Source: Schizochytrium sp. TIO01
Taxonomy: Eukaryota > Protista > Bigyra: Labyrinthulomycetes
Assembly: GCA_004764695.1 (NCBI GenBank)
Contig: SMSO01000032.1
Location: 1,426,001-1,490,000 of the forward strand
Direction of reading: 5' to 3'
DNA length: 64,000 nt
A program made the position numbers and the translations under genes. Of the stretch, positions 50,901-63,200 are shown piece after piece. Each line of letters opens with the position of its first letter. Position 1 is the stretch's first letter. Under the pieces are notes generated by a model. That model had not been told where the DNA came from. It saw only the letters and a program-made list of their open reading frames with translations, and did not search any database.

Positions 50901-51128
50901 AATAGTGGTTTCGAGGACCTGAAGAGCAAAGAACTTGGTCATCGGGTCCTTGGTGGCCTCCAGGACAGTAGCCGTTGTTTGCCATGAGTTCGGGTTCTCC
51001 TTGAAGGCAGTCAGGGTCTGGTTAGCCTGCTGGCGCACCTGTGCATCAGGGGAGGTGTTCAGAGCCTGGACAACCTGCTCTAACAGGCTTACGTCAACAG
51101 GCTGCGAGAAATCCAGAAGGCGCTCCAT
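47928..51128 (-). CDS. XPO1: Exportin-1 / CRM1 (1066 aa from the ATG at 51128)
   Basis: [13 protein letters not shown] start, [109 protein letters not shown]. Confidence 0.98.
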   Translation of the reverse strand: [1066 protein letters not shown]

Positions 51129-52904
51129 TTTTTGGGTCAATCAGTGACTTCAACAAATCAACACCCCAAATCAATCCACAAGCTGTACGTAGTCGTCACA
51201 AAAATGCAAAGCTGCACGAAAAGCACCGAAATCTAGCAAATAGCTAGCTTATCGATCCTTTAGCGAAGAGATTTACGTTGATTATGACGCCCTGTAAAGG
51301 CTCTGAGATGCACCGTCTTTGAAGATGCTTATACACGAGTGTATAATCAAACACAAACAAAGAGAGTGTATTTAAAGAGAATGAGAAACTAGCCCCAAAC
51401 GGTGGTCTCCTACTTCAATCGATTCGCTTTGCGAATACTCCTCAAGCAGCTTCGTAAGCGAGCCTGCACAGCGTTGTGCAGTTGAGTAGGTAGAGGTTTG
51501 CGAAACCACCAAGCAGCGAGTGCTTGGTTGGAGGATGGACGAATGGATCGATGGATCGATGGATTGTCTAAAAGAGCGCGGTTGCTGGCTGCTAAACGTC
51601 AGCCCGAGGAGGAGCGATGAACTAGGCAGGTATCGCGAGCGAGGCTGGGCCGGGAAATCGCTTGCCTCCGACCGCTGCTACAGCACCACGCTCGCCGCAA
51701 GAGCTCGAGCGCCGCAAGTTGGCCGCCGCCACCAAAAAGATACTGGGCGCCACGTCTCGCGAGAAACAGAAACAGAAAATCATAGAAAGACATAGAAAGA
51801 CAATCAATCAAACAAACAATCAATCAATCAATCAATCAATCAAACAATCAGAAGAAGAAGAAGAAGGAACTTATTAAGCAGGAAAAGAACAACTTGAAAC
51901 AAATAAACACAAATAAACAAACAAACAAACAAACAAACAAACAAATAAACAAACAAATAAACAGACAACCAAATTAATCACTCAAACGATCAAACAACCA
52001 AGCAAACAAATAAACAACCAAGCAAGCTTTCAAGCCCACTCCATCGCGAACCAAACAGCCCCCAAAGCCGAAGCACAGGAGCGGAGACAGGCTTCAGAAA
52101 GAACTCTTCGGAAATGAATGCCTCGTTTCAACAGCGTATTAAATTGCTCACAAGGCCCCTAAGGCTCGCTAGCTCTCCTATATCCCCCGCGTATTTTATT
52201 CACTCGAGCATCTTCTCTTTGGGCGCTCAGGGGTGGGTGGCACATTAGGGGACCGGTGTCACGCTTTGAATCAGGGCGCTCTTTCTTCTCTTCTCTTGGA
52301 CCATCGTTATCTATCTATCAATCCCAGATGCCTCGAACCAACTGGGTCTTCGCTCCACTCGCAGCGCCTCTGCTTTACTGAGCCGTGCGGCGCTATTGGT
52401 GCGTGGATTGCCGTTGTTGCCTCAGCGCCCAAAGGCGGCAACGCTTTAGTTTGCAGAGCAGAAACCGAAAGGAACAAGCTAAAGCAAGCTAAGATAAAAC
52501 AAACAAACAAACAAACAAACAAACAAACAAACAAACAAACAAACAAATATCGGATAACAGATTTTATAGATAAATAAACAGGCAAGCGAACGAACGAACG
52601 AACGAACGAACGGTAAACCAACCATAGGCAGCGAAGAAGGCCAGGCGACCGTACGTACGGGTCTAGGCTGTCATGGCGGGCCTCCAGGCATTATCCTGGG
52701 CTTTGCAGGAGCAAGAACACGACCTTGCGCGAGAAACGAATGCCATAGCTTCGCTCGCAGAAATGGCGGAGCAGTTTTGACTCATTTCTTTCACTGCTAC
52801 CGAGGCACCTATGTAAACGCCTAGCACCTGCCTTCCCTCTGAAAAGAAACAACAACCGTGGATAGGCTAATCGGTAGAACTCGCCACTAGGACCGAGTGG
52901 AGAC

Positions 52905-52906
<2 letters not shown>

Positions 52907-52966
<60 letters not shown>
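52907..52966. repeat. (AAAG)n microsatellite
   Basis: aaagaaagaaag run. Additional AAAC runs near 51900-52010 and 52496-52545. Confidence 0.95.
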
Positions 52967-52967
<1 letters not shown>

Positions 52968-55900
52968 ATAATGATACTAAAAATAAGAAAGAGACGCGCA
53001 TCACAACTTAGAAGAAGAATAACGAAGAAGACTGATGGTCTCTCTTTCGAGCCTCACCCACAGATTGTTGATGAGTACTTTCACGAATTGCAGACCATAG
53101 AAGAAGTCGAATACGCGCCCGAAATCACAGATGAGTTTGCGTGAAAAGAGAATAGAGACACGACACAGCTCGCTCTGCATGAGGAAACCTCCTCCCTCAG
53201 CATTATTCTCCGTATCACGGCAACTCGAAGGTCTGCTCAAACGTCATCAACCTCTAGGGTTTAAGATAAGGGTGCCCTAGCGGAGTGTTTGCTCGCCTCG
53301 ACTCTCACTCGTAACGCCATAGTAGTCTAAGTTACTTGGAACAACCATCCTTCGTTTGATTTTCTAGAGTGTTCTTGCAGCTGTAATGGATGATGAGTTT
53401 TGGCGACGAACCACGATGGCCTTCAACTGGGCTCGTTCATGAGCAAGCATTCTCATGGATCTATATTTAATGGTTTGGCTGGAGTGAATTCTCTTGAAAA
53501 ATGGATTATAAGTACGTCATTAAACAAATTGGGGTTACAGGTACGGAGCACTGGTTTCTGACTTGTGTTTGCTTGAAGTACTTTTGAGAAACTTATGCTC
53601 CTATAGCACAGGATAAACACTTGGTTTTTACGCGGAGGAATATAGACATCTATTGTGTAGGTATGGATATCTATTGTGTAGATATGGCAAAACAAAATGC
53701 CCACACATGCGATGTAGTCTGTAAAAACTCCTGCAATATAGTAAGAAAACCTGAAAGTTATCTTTGAAGTTGAAATCGCCAAAGAACGGGAGCCTGCATG
53801 CATGGATTACTGAGAAGAGGAAGGTCTGGCAGGTGAAATTCTTGATTCTTGCTTTTAGTTTGTTCCCCAGACTGAACCAGAGGTCTTGCCTTTGGGTTGC
53901 TCGCTTAAATGAGACTAAATCAACTCTAAAAACCCTCTTCGTGAAATCCCATCACAGCTCCTGAACAAGAAAGAGCTCATCCATAGCCCTTGCAGAACTC
54001 TAAGCATCTTGCTTTACCGCTTAGGTCTCCTGACTTCATCTCCAAGTAGCCATGGCCCGTCAAGAAACACCCTTGAGATTACAGAGGTTTTTGGAGAAGA
54101 CTTTGACCGACCACGCATCCTCAAAGACTCAACCTTGACAAAATTATGCTCACCACCCTCCATCCCCCCCTCCCATTTCCTCTCCCTCCACTGGCCCAAT
54201 GTCTTCAGAGTTTCCGCACAACTAGCTAGCCAAGATCCCGCCCTCGTTTTGGCATCCTGGTGAAATCGCCAGGTTTGCGCCCTTAGTTACTCGTAACCAT
54301 GTCCAACACAGATCTATCTCACTCCCCTTCGCTGTCTGTCTGTCTGTAACAAGTCTTCCAGAGTCAGGAGAGACCGAGCACAGAGGGCATGCATTCATTC
54401 ATTCTCCTCTCCCACGATGTCCAAGAACTTCGCAGACGTGCTCAGAGGCCACGCCAAACGACATTGCTTTCCCTTTGGTGGCGCGTATCTCCACTAAAGC
54501 GCTCTTTGAGGCCTTGTCCTATTAGTTACCTACTTCCCTCTATCCCTCTAAGTGCTCTTCGCAGGTCCCGCGGTCCCCTAAGGACCCCTAGTGCCAGTTA
54601 GCCTAAACCCTCCATGCTTCTATCTTTCGAAACTCTCTGCTCTCACGCTCTTTTAGTTTTTCTTTCTTTCTTTCTTTCTTTCTTTTAGCTTGTGCCGTGG
54701 CGCCGCGTCCCGTATGCGTCGCACCCCAGGCGACGACGTCTTTTAATTAATTCTGCGCTTCCTCCTTCCTTCCTTCCTTCCTTCCTTCCTTTTTCTAGCG
54801 CTCTCTCTGCCTTCTGTTTACTCTGGTTTAAAGGCAGGTCTATAGTCTACTGTGTGCGACGCATTGTCTACTTGTAGCCGTGGGATCTCTATAGGCTATT
54901 CTGGCATTCTCCACTTGTTCGTTGCCTTTTGTTGCAAACGGGTGCAACCGCCGAAGCAGTGGCGACCGGGACTCGAGGGCGAGCTAGGGCCGGCATAGAC
55001 GAAAACCTAGTAGCTCCCTGGGGCCCGGTTTTAAGACAGCAGCTCCGACGGCGTATTTTATTCCCTCCGTGAGAACGAATAATGTTTTAAATGTGTGCTA
55101 GTGGGTGCTTAGGAGGTACTAAGTAAGTAAGAATGAATGAATGAAAGAATATAGGATATCCTAGTTCAAGATGAACGAATATCAACTACAGATAGAAACC
55201 CAGCCTGACTCTCGCAGCCTCAGCGTAGTAGCCGAGACTCCGATGGGTGGCCACGCCAAGCCAAACTCTCCCCCACTGCTCGTGGTCTACAGGCACAAAG
55301 CTGTTGGGTCTGATTGCATACGGGCGCGTATGAAGCTATAACTTCAAGTTAGAAAAGTAATGATGATGATGTTTCGAGAAATTCACGGCGACACATTTGA
55401 GCGAACTATAGCCTGTAATAAATACTAACTACCTACCTACCTATACCTATGCTATGTAAGCTGTGAGAAGACTAAATTATAAATGTTCTTTCCTACTGCA
55501 TAACCGTTCTGTTCTGATTGAGCTCGAAATTTGGCACACTACTCTCTAGAGAGTAAAATTTAACATTCACACGAGCGAAGGCTATTCTCAGCCCAATGCA
55601 CGTCCACAGTATCATGCAAAAGAATGAGATTATTCATTTCTCGTTTCAGTTTTCAAGTTGTTCATTTACCGCGAACGTGGCAGAACAGATACTGAAGATT
55701 GAAAATTTACTACGCGCACTTCAGATCATGGGGCAACCCGACTATTTGATGTATTCATCACTGTGTGAATTCAATGGAATGCTAGCAATCAGATACCTTC
55801 CCATGCAGCATCGGGAGGAGGCCGACGGTACTGTTGGCGAGTTGTGACAATGATCTTTGAAATGCAGCGGAGGAGATATGCCGGAGCCTGGTTAAAATAA

Positions 55901-57121
55901 AATTTGGTATTATGACTTGCTGTGGCAGCTCGCGCATACTTGGTTAAAATGCTTCTGTGGTAAAATTGTCGGGATGTGTACTTTGCATTGGAAAAAATGC
56001 TACGCTGCAGGACAAAACGGAGGGATAAACGCGAGTTTTACTCATATGGATTGGCATGTGACGTAGCAAGATTGCAGCTGTTCAAAGATCAAGTGATGGC
56101 TTGCGTTGGGGAAAACGAATAGAAATATTTCTTACGGACAATGCTCCTCGCATGCAATCTTGAAGATGGTAAAGTTTGAATTTGGGATTGAATCTGGATT
56201 CAGGGAGATTCTTCAGGAAAAGATCCATTTTGAGAAACACAGCAGAAATAACCAACAAAAACCAGAGTGGTGTGACAGCCCTTTCAATTGCGCTAAATTA
56301 AACCATTGCAAATTTGTTACGCATGCGTGCTGAAGGATCATCGTCTACTTTGGTCTTTGCTATATGTATTACAGAGTTAAACTTCGCATTTACAAAATAC
56401 CTCTCTCACTTGGCCATAGTAGACCGAAGCAAGAATTCAAGGACTCAAGCAATCGTACAATTCCTTTCCACAAAAGGTTCATCTAAAACAGAGACCGATT
56501 CATAAAATAAATGCTTCACATGACTGAGACTCTGGAATCTCAATGCTTCTCATTCTACTATCCAAAGTAACACAACAGGTGTCGTCATAAAAGACACTCA
56601 CATTGCATTCGTACTAGATAGACACTTCTTGCTTGCGTCGGAACAAAACACTAGGCCAAGAGGGATAAAAAGAAACAAAGGTAACAAGACAAAATAGAGC
56701 GAATAGGGCGGGTAGTTTGGTTTATCGTTATTCGAAATTTGACGAAGCCTTTGACTGAGTTTTCATGCGAGCGCCCAGTGAAAGAAGAGTAGGCATTACC
56801 ATCAATCTTCAAATCATTTAAAGATTCGAGGATCCATCAATACCTGGCAACCAGATTTTCAAGCAACGAACGTGATCAAGGAGACCTCCATCACAGGTGC
56901 AACAGAGAATCTAAAGAAGAGGAAGCAACGGGTTCACGTAATCATCTCATCATGAATCATCATCCATTATGACAGACACATGCTCAAGCAAGTTTGCAAA
57001 CAAGATCGATCGATAGCAGGCAGGCAATGTGAATGAATGAGCGGCGACCTGGAAATGATCAATAAACGAGAAGACAACGAAAGTGTATGGGAGACGAAAC
57101 CGTCAATCGAAAATAAGATGC

Positions 57122-58423
<1,302 letters not shown>

Positions 58424-59161
58424 GGTGCTCCCGCGATGCAGACGCCGGGCGCTCTCCTCAGCCAGTCGGTCTGCTGCCGCCTTGCCGCCGCCCTCGCCTT
58501 CTTTCCCGCCCTTCCGCAGGCCTTGACCCAGACTCCCCCTATACCCCCTCTCCACGCCCCCGCCTTCCTTCGCCGCCGCCCTCTTCTCCGCCCCAGTCTC
58601 CACCCACGTGTTCCCCGCATTACCCCATACTCTGCACCAGAAACCACCCGCGCTGCCCGACGGCGAACCCGCTAGGGTTAGGGCGCGGGGGGGGCAAGGG
58701 GAGAGTCTTTGGAAGCACCCTCGCCGCGGCGTGCCAGTCATCGGCACGCTGCCGCGCGAAAGAGGGCGGAAGCAGGGGGAATAAGGGGAACGAAAGGGCC
58801 GCGGGAACGGAGGGAGGCCGCCGCCGCAGACAGGGCCCGCGAGGCCGGCGGCGGGCAAGGGCGCCAGGCCGCGAGGAGCAGCACGCGGAGGGCGGGAAGA
58901 GGGCCCGCGGGGGAGGTAGGGCGGAGAGGCGAACGCGCTGGCGGGATAGAGAGAGACAGAAAGGGCGGCGGGGAAGGAGTGGAGGGAAAAGAGATAGGCC
59001 GGTTTAAAGGGGAAATAGACCGGTTGTTTGAAGGGCGGCGAAAGAGTGGAGAGCGAGAGGAAAAAGGGTTTCGCAAACGAGAGGCGGTGAGGGCGGAGAG
59101 AAAGGCAGAGCAGCAAAGAGGAGACAAGACACGGACAAGCAACGCTTGCCTGCGAGCCACG
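58424..59161. promoter_or_regulatory. Bidirectional promoter / 5' UTR region of RPS27A and RPL39
   Basis: 738-bp very GC-rich interval between two divergent ATGs, with a C-to-G skew switch near 58672. Confidence 0.75.
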
Positions 59162-60090
59162 ATGGTACGTGCGCGAGGAGAGGACTGCGACGCGGGGAAG
59201 GAGACCGAGAGGACCTGCTTCTCTGCGTTGGGACTTACCAGCGCCGCCTGAGCACGCCCGAGATGGAGATCGCCGCTATGGAGAAGAAGATGATGATGAT
59301 GTTGCTAGCATGGAGACGAAGACAACCGCGCTGCTGGCAACCTTTCGGGCCGCTTTGCGAAGTGAGGTTGCGAAGCCATGGAAGAAGCTAGAACAAAACA
59401 CTGCTTGTAACCTGCGAGCTGACCTTGACGTGATAAGTTTGGTCGGCATCGGTCTTGGTCGTGTGCATGTGCTAGTATTTCTTCGCAAAGGTGCCATTTA
59501 TGCCTCTTATGAGGTTGTATCTTGTGGCATGTGCAGGGCAACATCATCATTGATTTGGATCTCGGATACTCATTAGCCTTCAATTTCTTGAAAGGTGTAA
59601 AGAGCCTCGGAGAATGAATTGACTCAAGTCACTCGCTTGAGCTTAGGGGAGGACATCTGGACACTATTGTAGCGTGGTGGCTGCTGAAAGGCAGCTTCTT
59701 ACGGACTATGTGCTCATACAACTCCCTTGGAGTTCATGCAAGACTGAAGAGGATTATCTTCAACTCTTTTACAACCTCTCGAGGTTGGTTAGGTTGAGCT
59801 CAGGATTGGCGAAATTGGAGAATAATGTAGATGAGTGTGACAGCAAATGATGACTAACGAACACATGACGTTGAAAACCCACCTTTGTATTATTATGGAT
59901 TTGTCTGGTTGATGAATATGATAATTTAACGATACAGCCCTCCCTCAAGTCCACCCGCACCAAGCGTGTGCTTGCCAAGAAGGCCAAGCAGAACCGCCCC
60001 ATCCCCAACTGGATCCGCTACCGTACGGACAACAAGATCCGCTACAACATGAAGCGCCGTAACTGGCGTCGCACCAAGATTGGTCTCTAA
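59162..60090 (+). CDS. RPL39: 60S ribosomal protein L39 (eL39), 51 aa, exons 59162-59164 (ATG only) and 59938-60090
   Basis: Exon 2 encodes [50 protein letters not shown] directly after a gatacAG acceptor. ATG|GTACGT at 59162 supplies the Met. Absent from the ORF track. Confidence 0.95.
59165..59937 (+). other. 773-nt intron of RPL39
   Basis: GTACGT...CAG, phase 0. The acceptor is firm; the donor is inferred from the consensus shared with RPS27A. Confidence 0.85.
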
Positions 60091-60209
60091 ATCGATTATT
60101 TGAGTGTGACCCTCTATTCTTTTTTTTTCTGTCTACCTCGTCTAGATATAATATGATGCCTTGACGAACTTGATGATCTCTACTTTCTTTCATAATCTTG
60201 TTTCCAAAG

Positions 60210-63200
60210 TTATTCTCTCTCTGATGAGCTATACTTGAGCATTGCAGCTTCAACCAATTCTGGAGCATATTCTTGCAGTATCTTTAACGATGGGTGCGGA
60301 ACCTGATTGAGTGATCGACTTTGCTGCTTTAGTAAGATCTCCTGTGTCCCACCAACACTTCCAGGTTTACTATTCGTACTGCTGTTCTTACTATGAACAG
60401 TAGTGACGCTTGGTCTTGTTGTGGTGGGTTGTTCTTGAATACTATTGTCATTTGTTGAGAAGCATGATTGAGCAACACGGTCCCTAGCCTTGGACAAAGT
60501 TTGGTTACTGAGACCTTGAGCAGCAATAAAGGAACGCAAGTATTTTACCGGGTCGGACGGGATTTCTGGAATGGTACCAGACTTTATACTAGCAGTGTGA
60601 GTTAGTAATTGGTGCATTGCAACATCAAGCTTTGTAGACTTATAAGTTTGCCTTGAGCGTGCAAAATGTTGAATTTCCATTGCAGCCTTGCTAATTGCAG
60701 TTTTCTGGGACTTCAAATTACTAAACTTCTTCAGTGCAGTAGATCTTCGGGCCAATGCTTGCATACGTGCTGCGCTTTGATTTTCCAGACTATGTTGGCG
60801 ATGCTCATCCAGCCGCAAAGCATATGATTCGCGAGCATGTAACCCTCGCACTCGTTTCTGGATTACGGTTGCGGCCTCCACGCAGCGAATGCGCTCCTCA
60901 AGCAGCGCCTTATACTCACGCATACTCTGGCGTCGGCGAATTTGAGATTGAATACGCCTTGCGCAAGTCTGTTCGTGAGCTAAGCGTTTTGCAACAGCTC
61001 GATCTCTTTGGCCGCGTGCGTAAGCCTGGATCTTACTTGCAGCTGCATTCTCTGCAGCGATGCCACGCCTTGCGAGCCTACCTCGGTAGATAGCTTGCAG
61101 GACTGTACAACCTCGAAGAGCTGTATCACGCCGATGCGAGAATTGCTTTTGAGCTATCTTTTTTCGTGCAACAGCTTGAAGCTCGATAGCAGCCTGGGTC
61201 CTCTCATTTAACTTGGCTCGGTAATTACGACGGGCTAAAGCAGCGCGACGCCAAGCTTGAAGTTTAGCTGCAATCTGGGCTTCAAAAGCTCTCTTTTCAT
61301 GTGCCCTTTCCAATCTAAGATCCTGCTCCTTTGTCAAAGCTCGAAGGCGGATGAGCTTCCACTGATCCTCTTCCGTGCCTTCTTCACCAATTTTGCGATA
61401 CGATACAAGTTCAGCCAAGACATCATTCATTTTCTGATGAACATCTTTGTGACGTTTCTTTTCCAAGTCCAGTTCTCTCTTCTTGCGTTCGTTCGACTCC
61501 TGTAATGTCTCTGTCTCTTCCCTAAGATTATCTAATTCAAGCATGACACGATCTTTATCAGCATGTAGTGATGCCTTCTCTTGTTCATGAAGTTGTCGTT
61601 GAACCTCCAATTCATGTTCAAGCTCTCGCACACGCAACGCGAGACCAGTTGGTGCAGAGTTGCCATAATTGTTTGCTGTTGTATGATGATTTGAACCTTG
61701 CATAGAGTCATGTCCTAGCTCATCAGGTTGTGGGAGCGAGGCATCTCCTTGATCTGAATCATCAACAATATTGTCACCCATACTACGTGCAGATGATGAC
61801 ACACTTCTTTTCTTAATTTTCTTTGCCTTCTTCCCGGGTGTTGCCTTCCTAGTAGGGGAACGTGCCCGAGTTGATATAGCAGCTGTAGTGTGCCTTGATG
61901 AAACCAGATTATTCTCTCTTTTCACTTGGGCAAATTTTCTGGACCTCCTCGAATCTTTCTTCTGCTTCCTGCGAAGAGGACTTGACTTATCATCATAGTC
62001 CTTAAGTTGTTTTTGTGCACGTTTTTGTGTCATTCTTTTAGGAGTTGTATTCTGCTCAGAACTAAGGTGTTCATCTTTCTCATTCACAGGAGGAAGATTT
62101 GCATCTCCAAGCTCGTCTGTAAAGTCTGCAAGATTGGTCCGATTTGATGCAATTATACTTGCAAAGTTAACGAATTCTGCCCAAACCAACGTTCCGTCAC
62201 CATTTTGATCTAATCTTGCAAAGAGGCGTTCTGGATCTTGAGAGGAAAGTCCTATGGCGTCTAGTAGTGCGGTGTCTTCCTTGAATGACGTAAGAAACTC
62301 TGTTCGAGAAATAGCTCCGCTACCATCAACATCAATTTTTGAAAAAATATGCTTGAGACGACTTGCAGTTAAACAGTCTTGCACAAGTCTCTCTTGGTCA
62401 TCTGTACCATGAAAAGATCCTCTTCGAGGTTTTGCTTCCTGCTTCAGAACCCTAACAGTGCCAGATACTTCAATGCCGACAGGCCGGGAAGTAACACTAT
62501 GTAGCAAAGATAGTGTAAAGGGCCCTGGCTGTGCAAGTAAGATTTCTCCTGTGCCAATCTCGTTATCTACTGCATGCTCGTCATCACGGCAGAAAGTCAA
62601 TGTTAATGATGAAGTCAGATCAAGATCCACGGCGAGTCTTAATTTGTTATTTAACTCGTTACGCGGTGTTACAATTGACGGAGTAGTTGATCCACTCAAG
62701 CGGAAGAAAAAGTCTTCGCATCCACGATTAATGAAACCTTCGAGATCATCAATTTGAATAGTCACCCAGCTATGTGTAGCCTTTCTCGAAACCGTTGTGT
62801 TGTCTGGATGTAATACTGCTGTACCCTGTGCCAAATTTAGGGAGACGTTGCGGTCCTCAATATCTTCGACGTGTCGCGTGCTTAAGCTCTCTTGCAAAGT
62901 CGAAAACACCACGCGCCCCACCTGAGGTAAATCGACAGTAAACTCTCGGTCGATTTGTAGATCAATTCTATCCAGAGACATTGAGATCTCGTGATAAATG
63001 TTATCAGGAAGCGCATCATCGTTGCATAAAGTAGCCTGATAATTTCCACATGGTAAATCTACTGGGAAATACCATATTGGAGAGAAGCGATCTTCGTGAT
63101 GCACAGGGGGGCATCGCCAGCTCGTTCCTAATGTTAAATGAGTGAGACGAATAGAAAGTGCGAGTCGTCCAGACCATCTGTAAAAAGCTGGGCTCAGTGA

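Noticed and set aside
48105-50987. Long plus-strand ORFs (241, 187, 276 aa) opposite XPO1; likewise the 217-aa ORF opposite GNL3 and the 224-aa ORF opposite the DUF1336 gene
   Set aside because: Antisense shadows of codon-biased genes, with no motifs.
51129-51140. TTG start with MTQK extension of XPO1 in the ORF track
   Set aside because: This is a eukaryotic gene, and the ATG at 51128 matches the usual CRM1 N-terminus.
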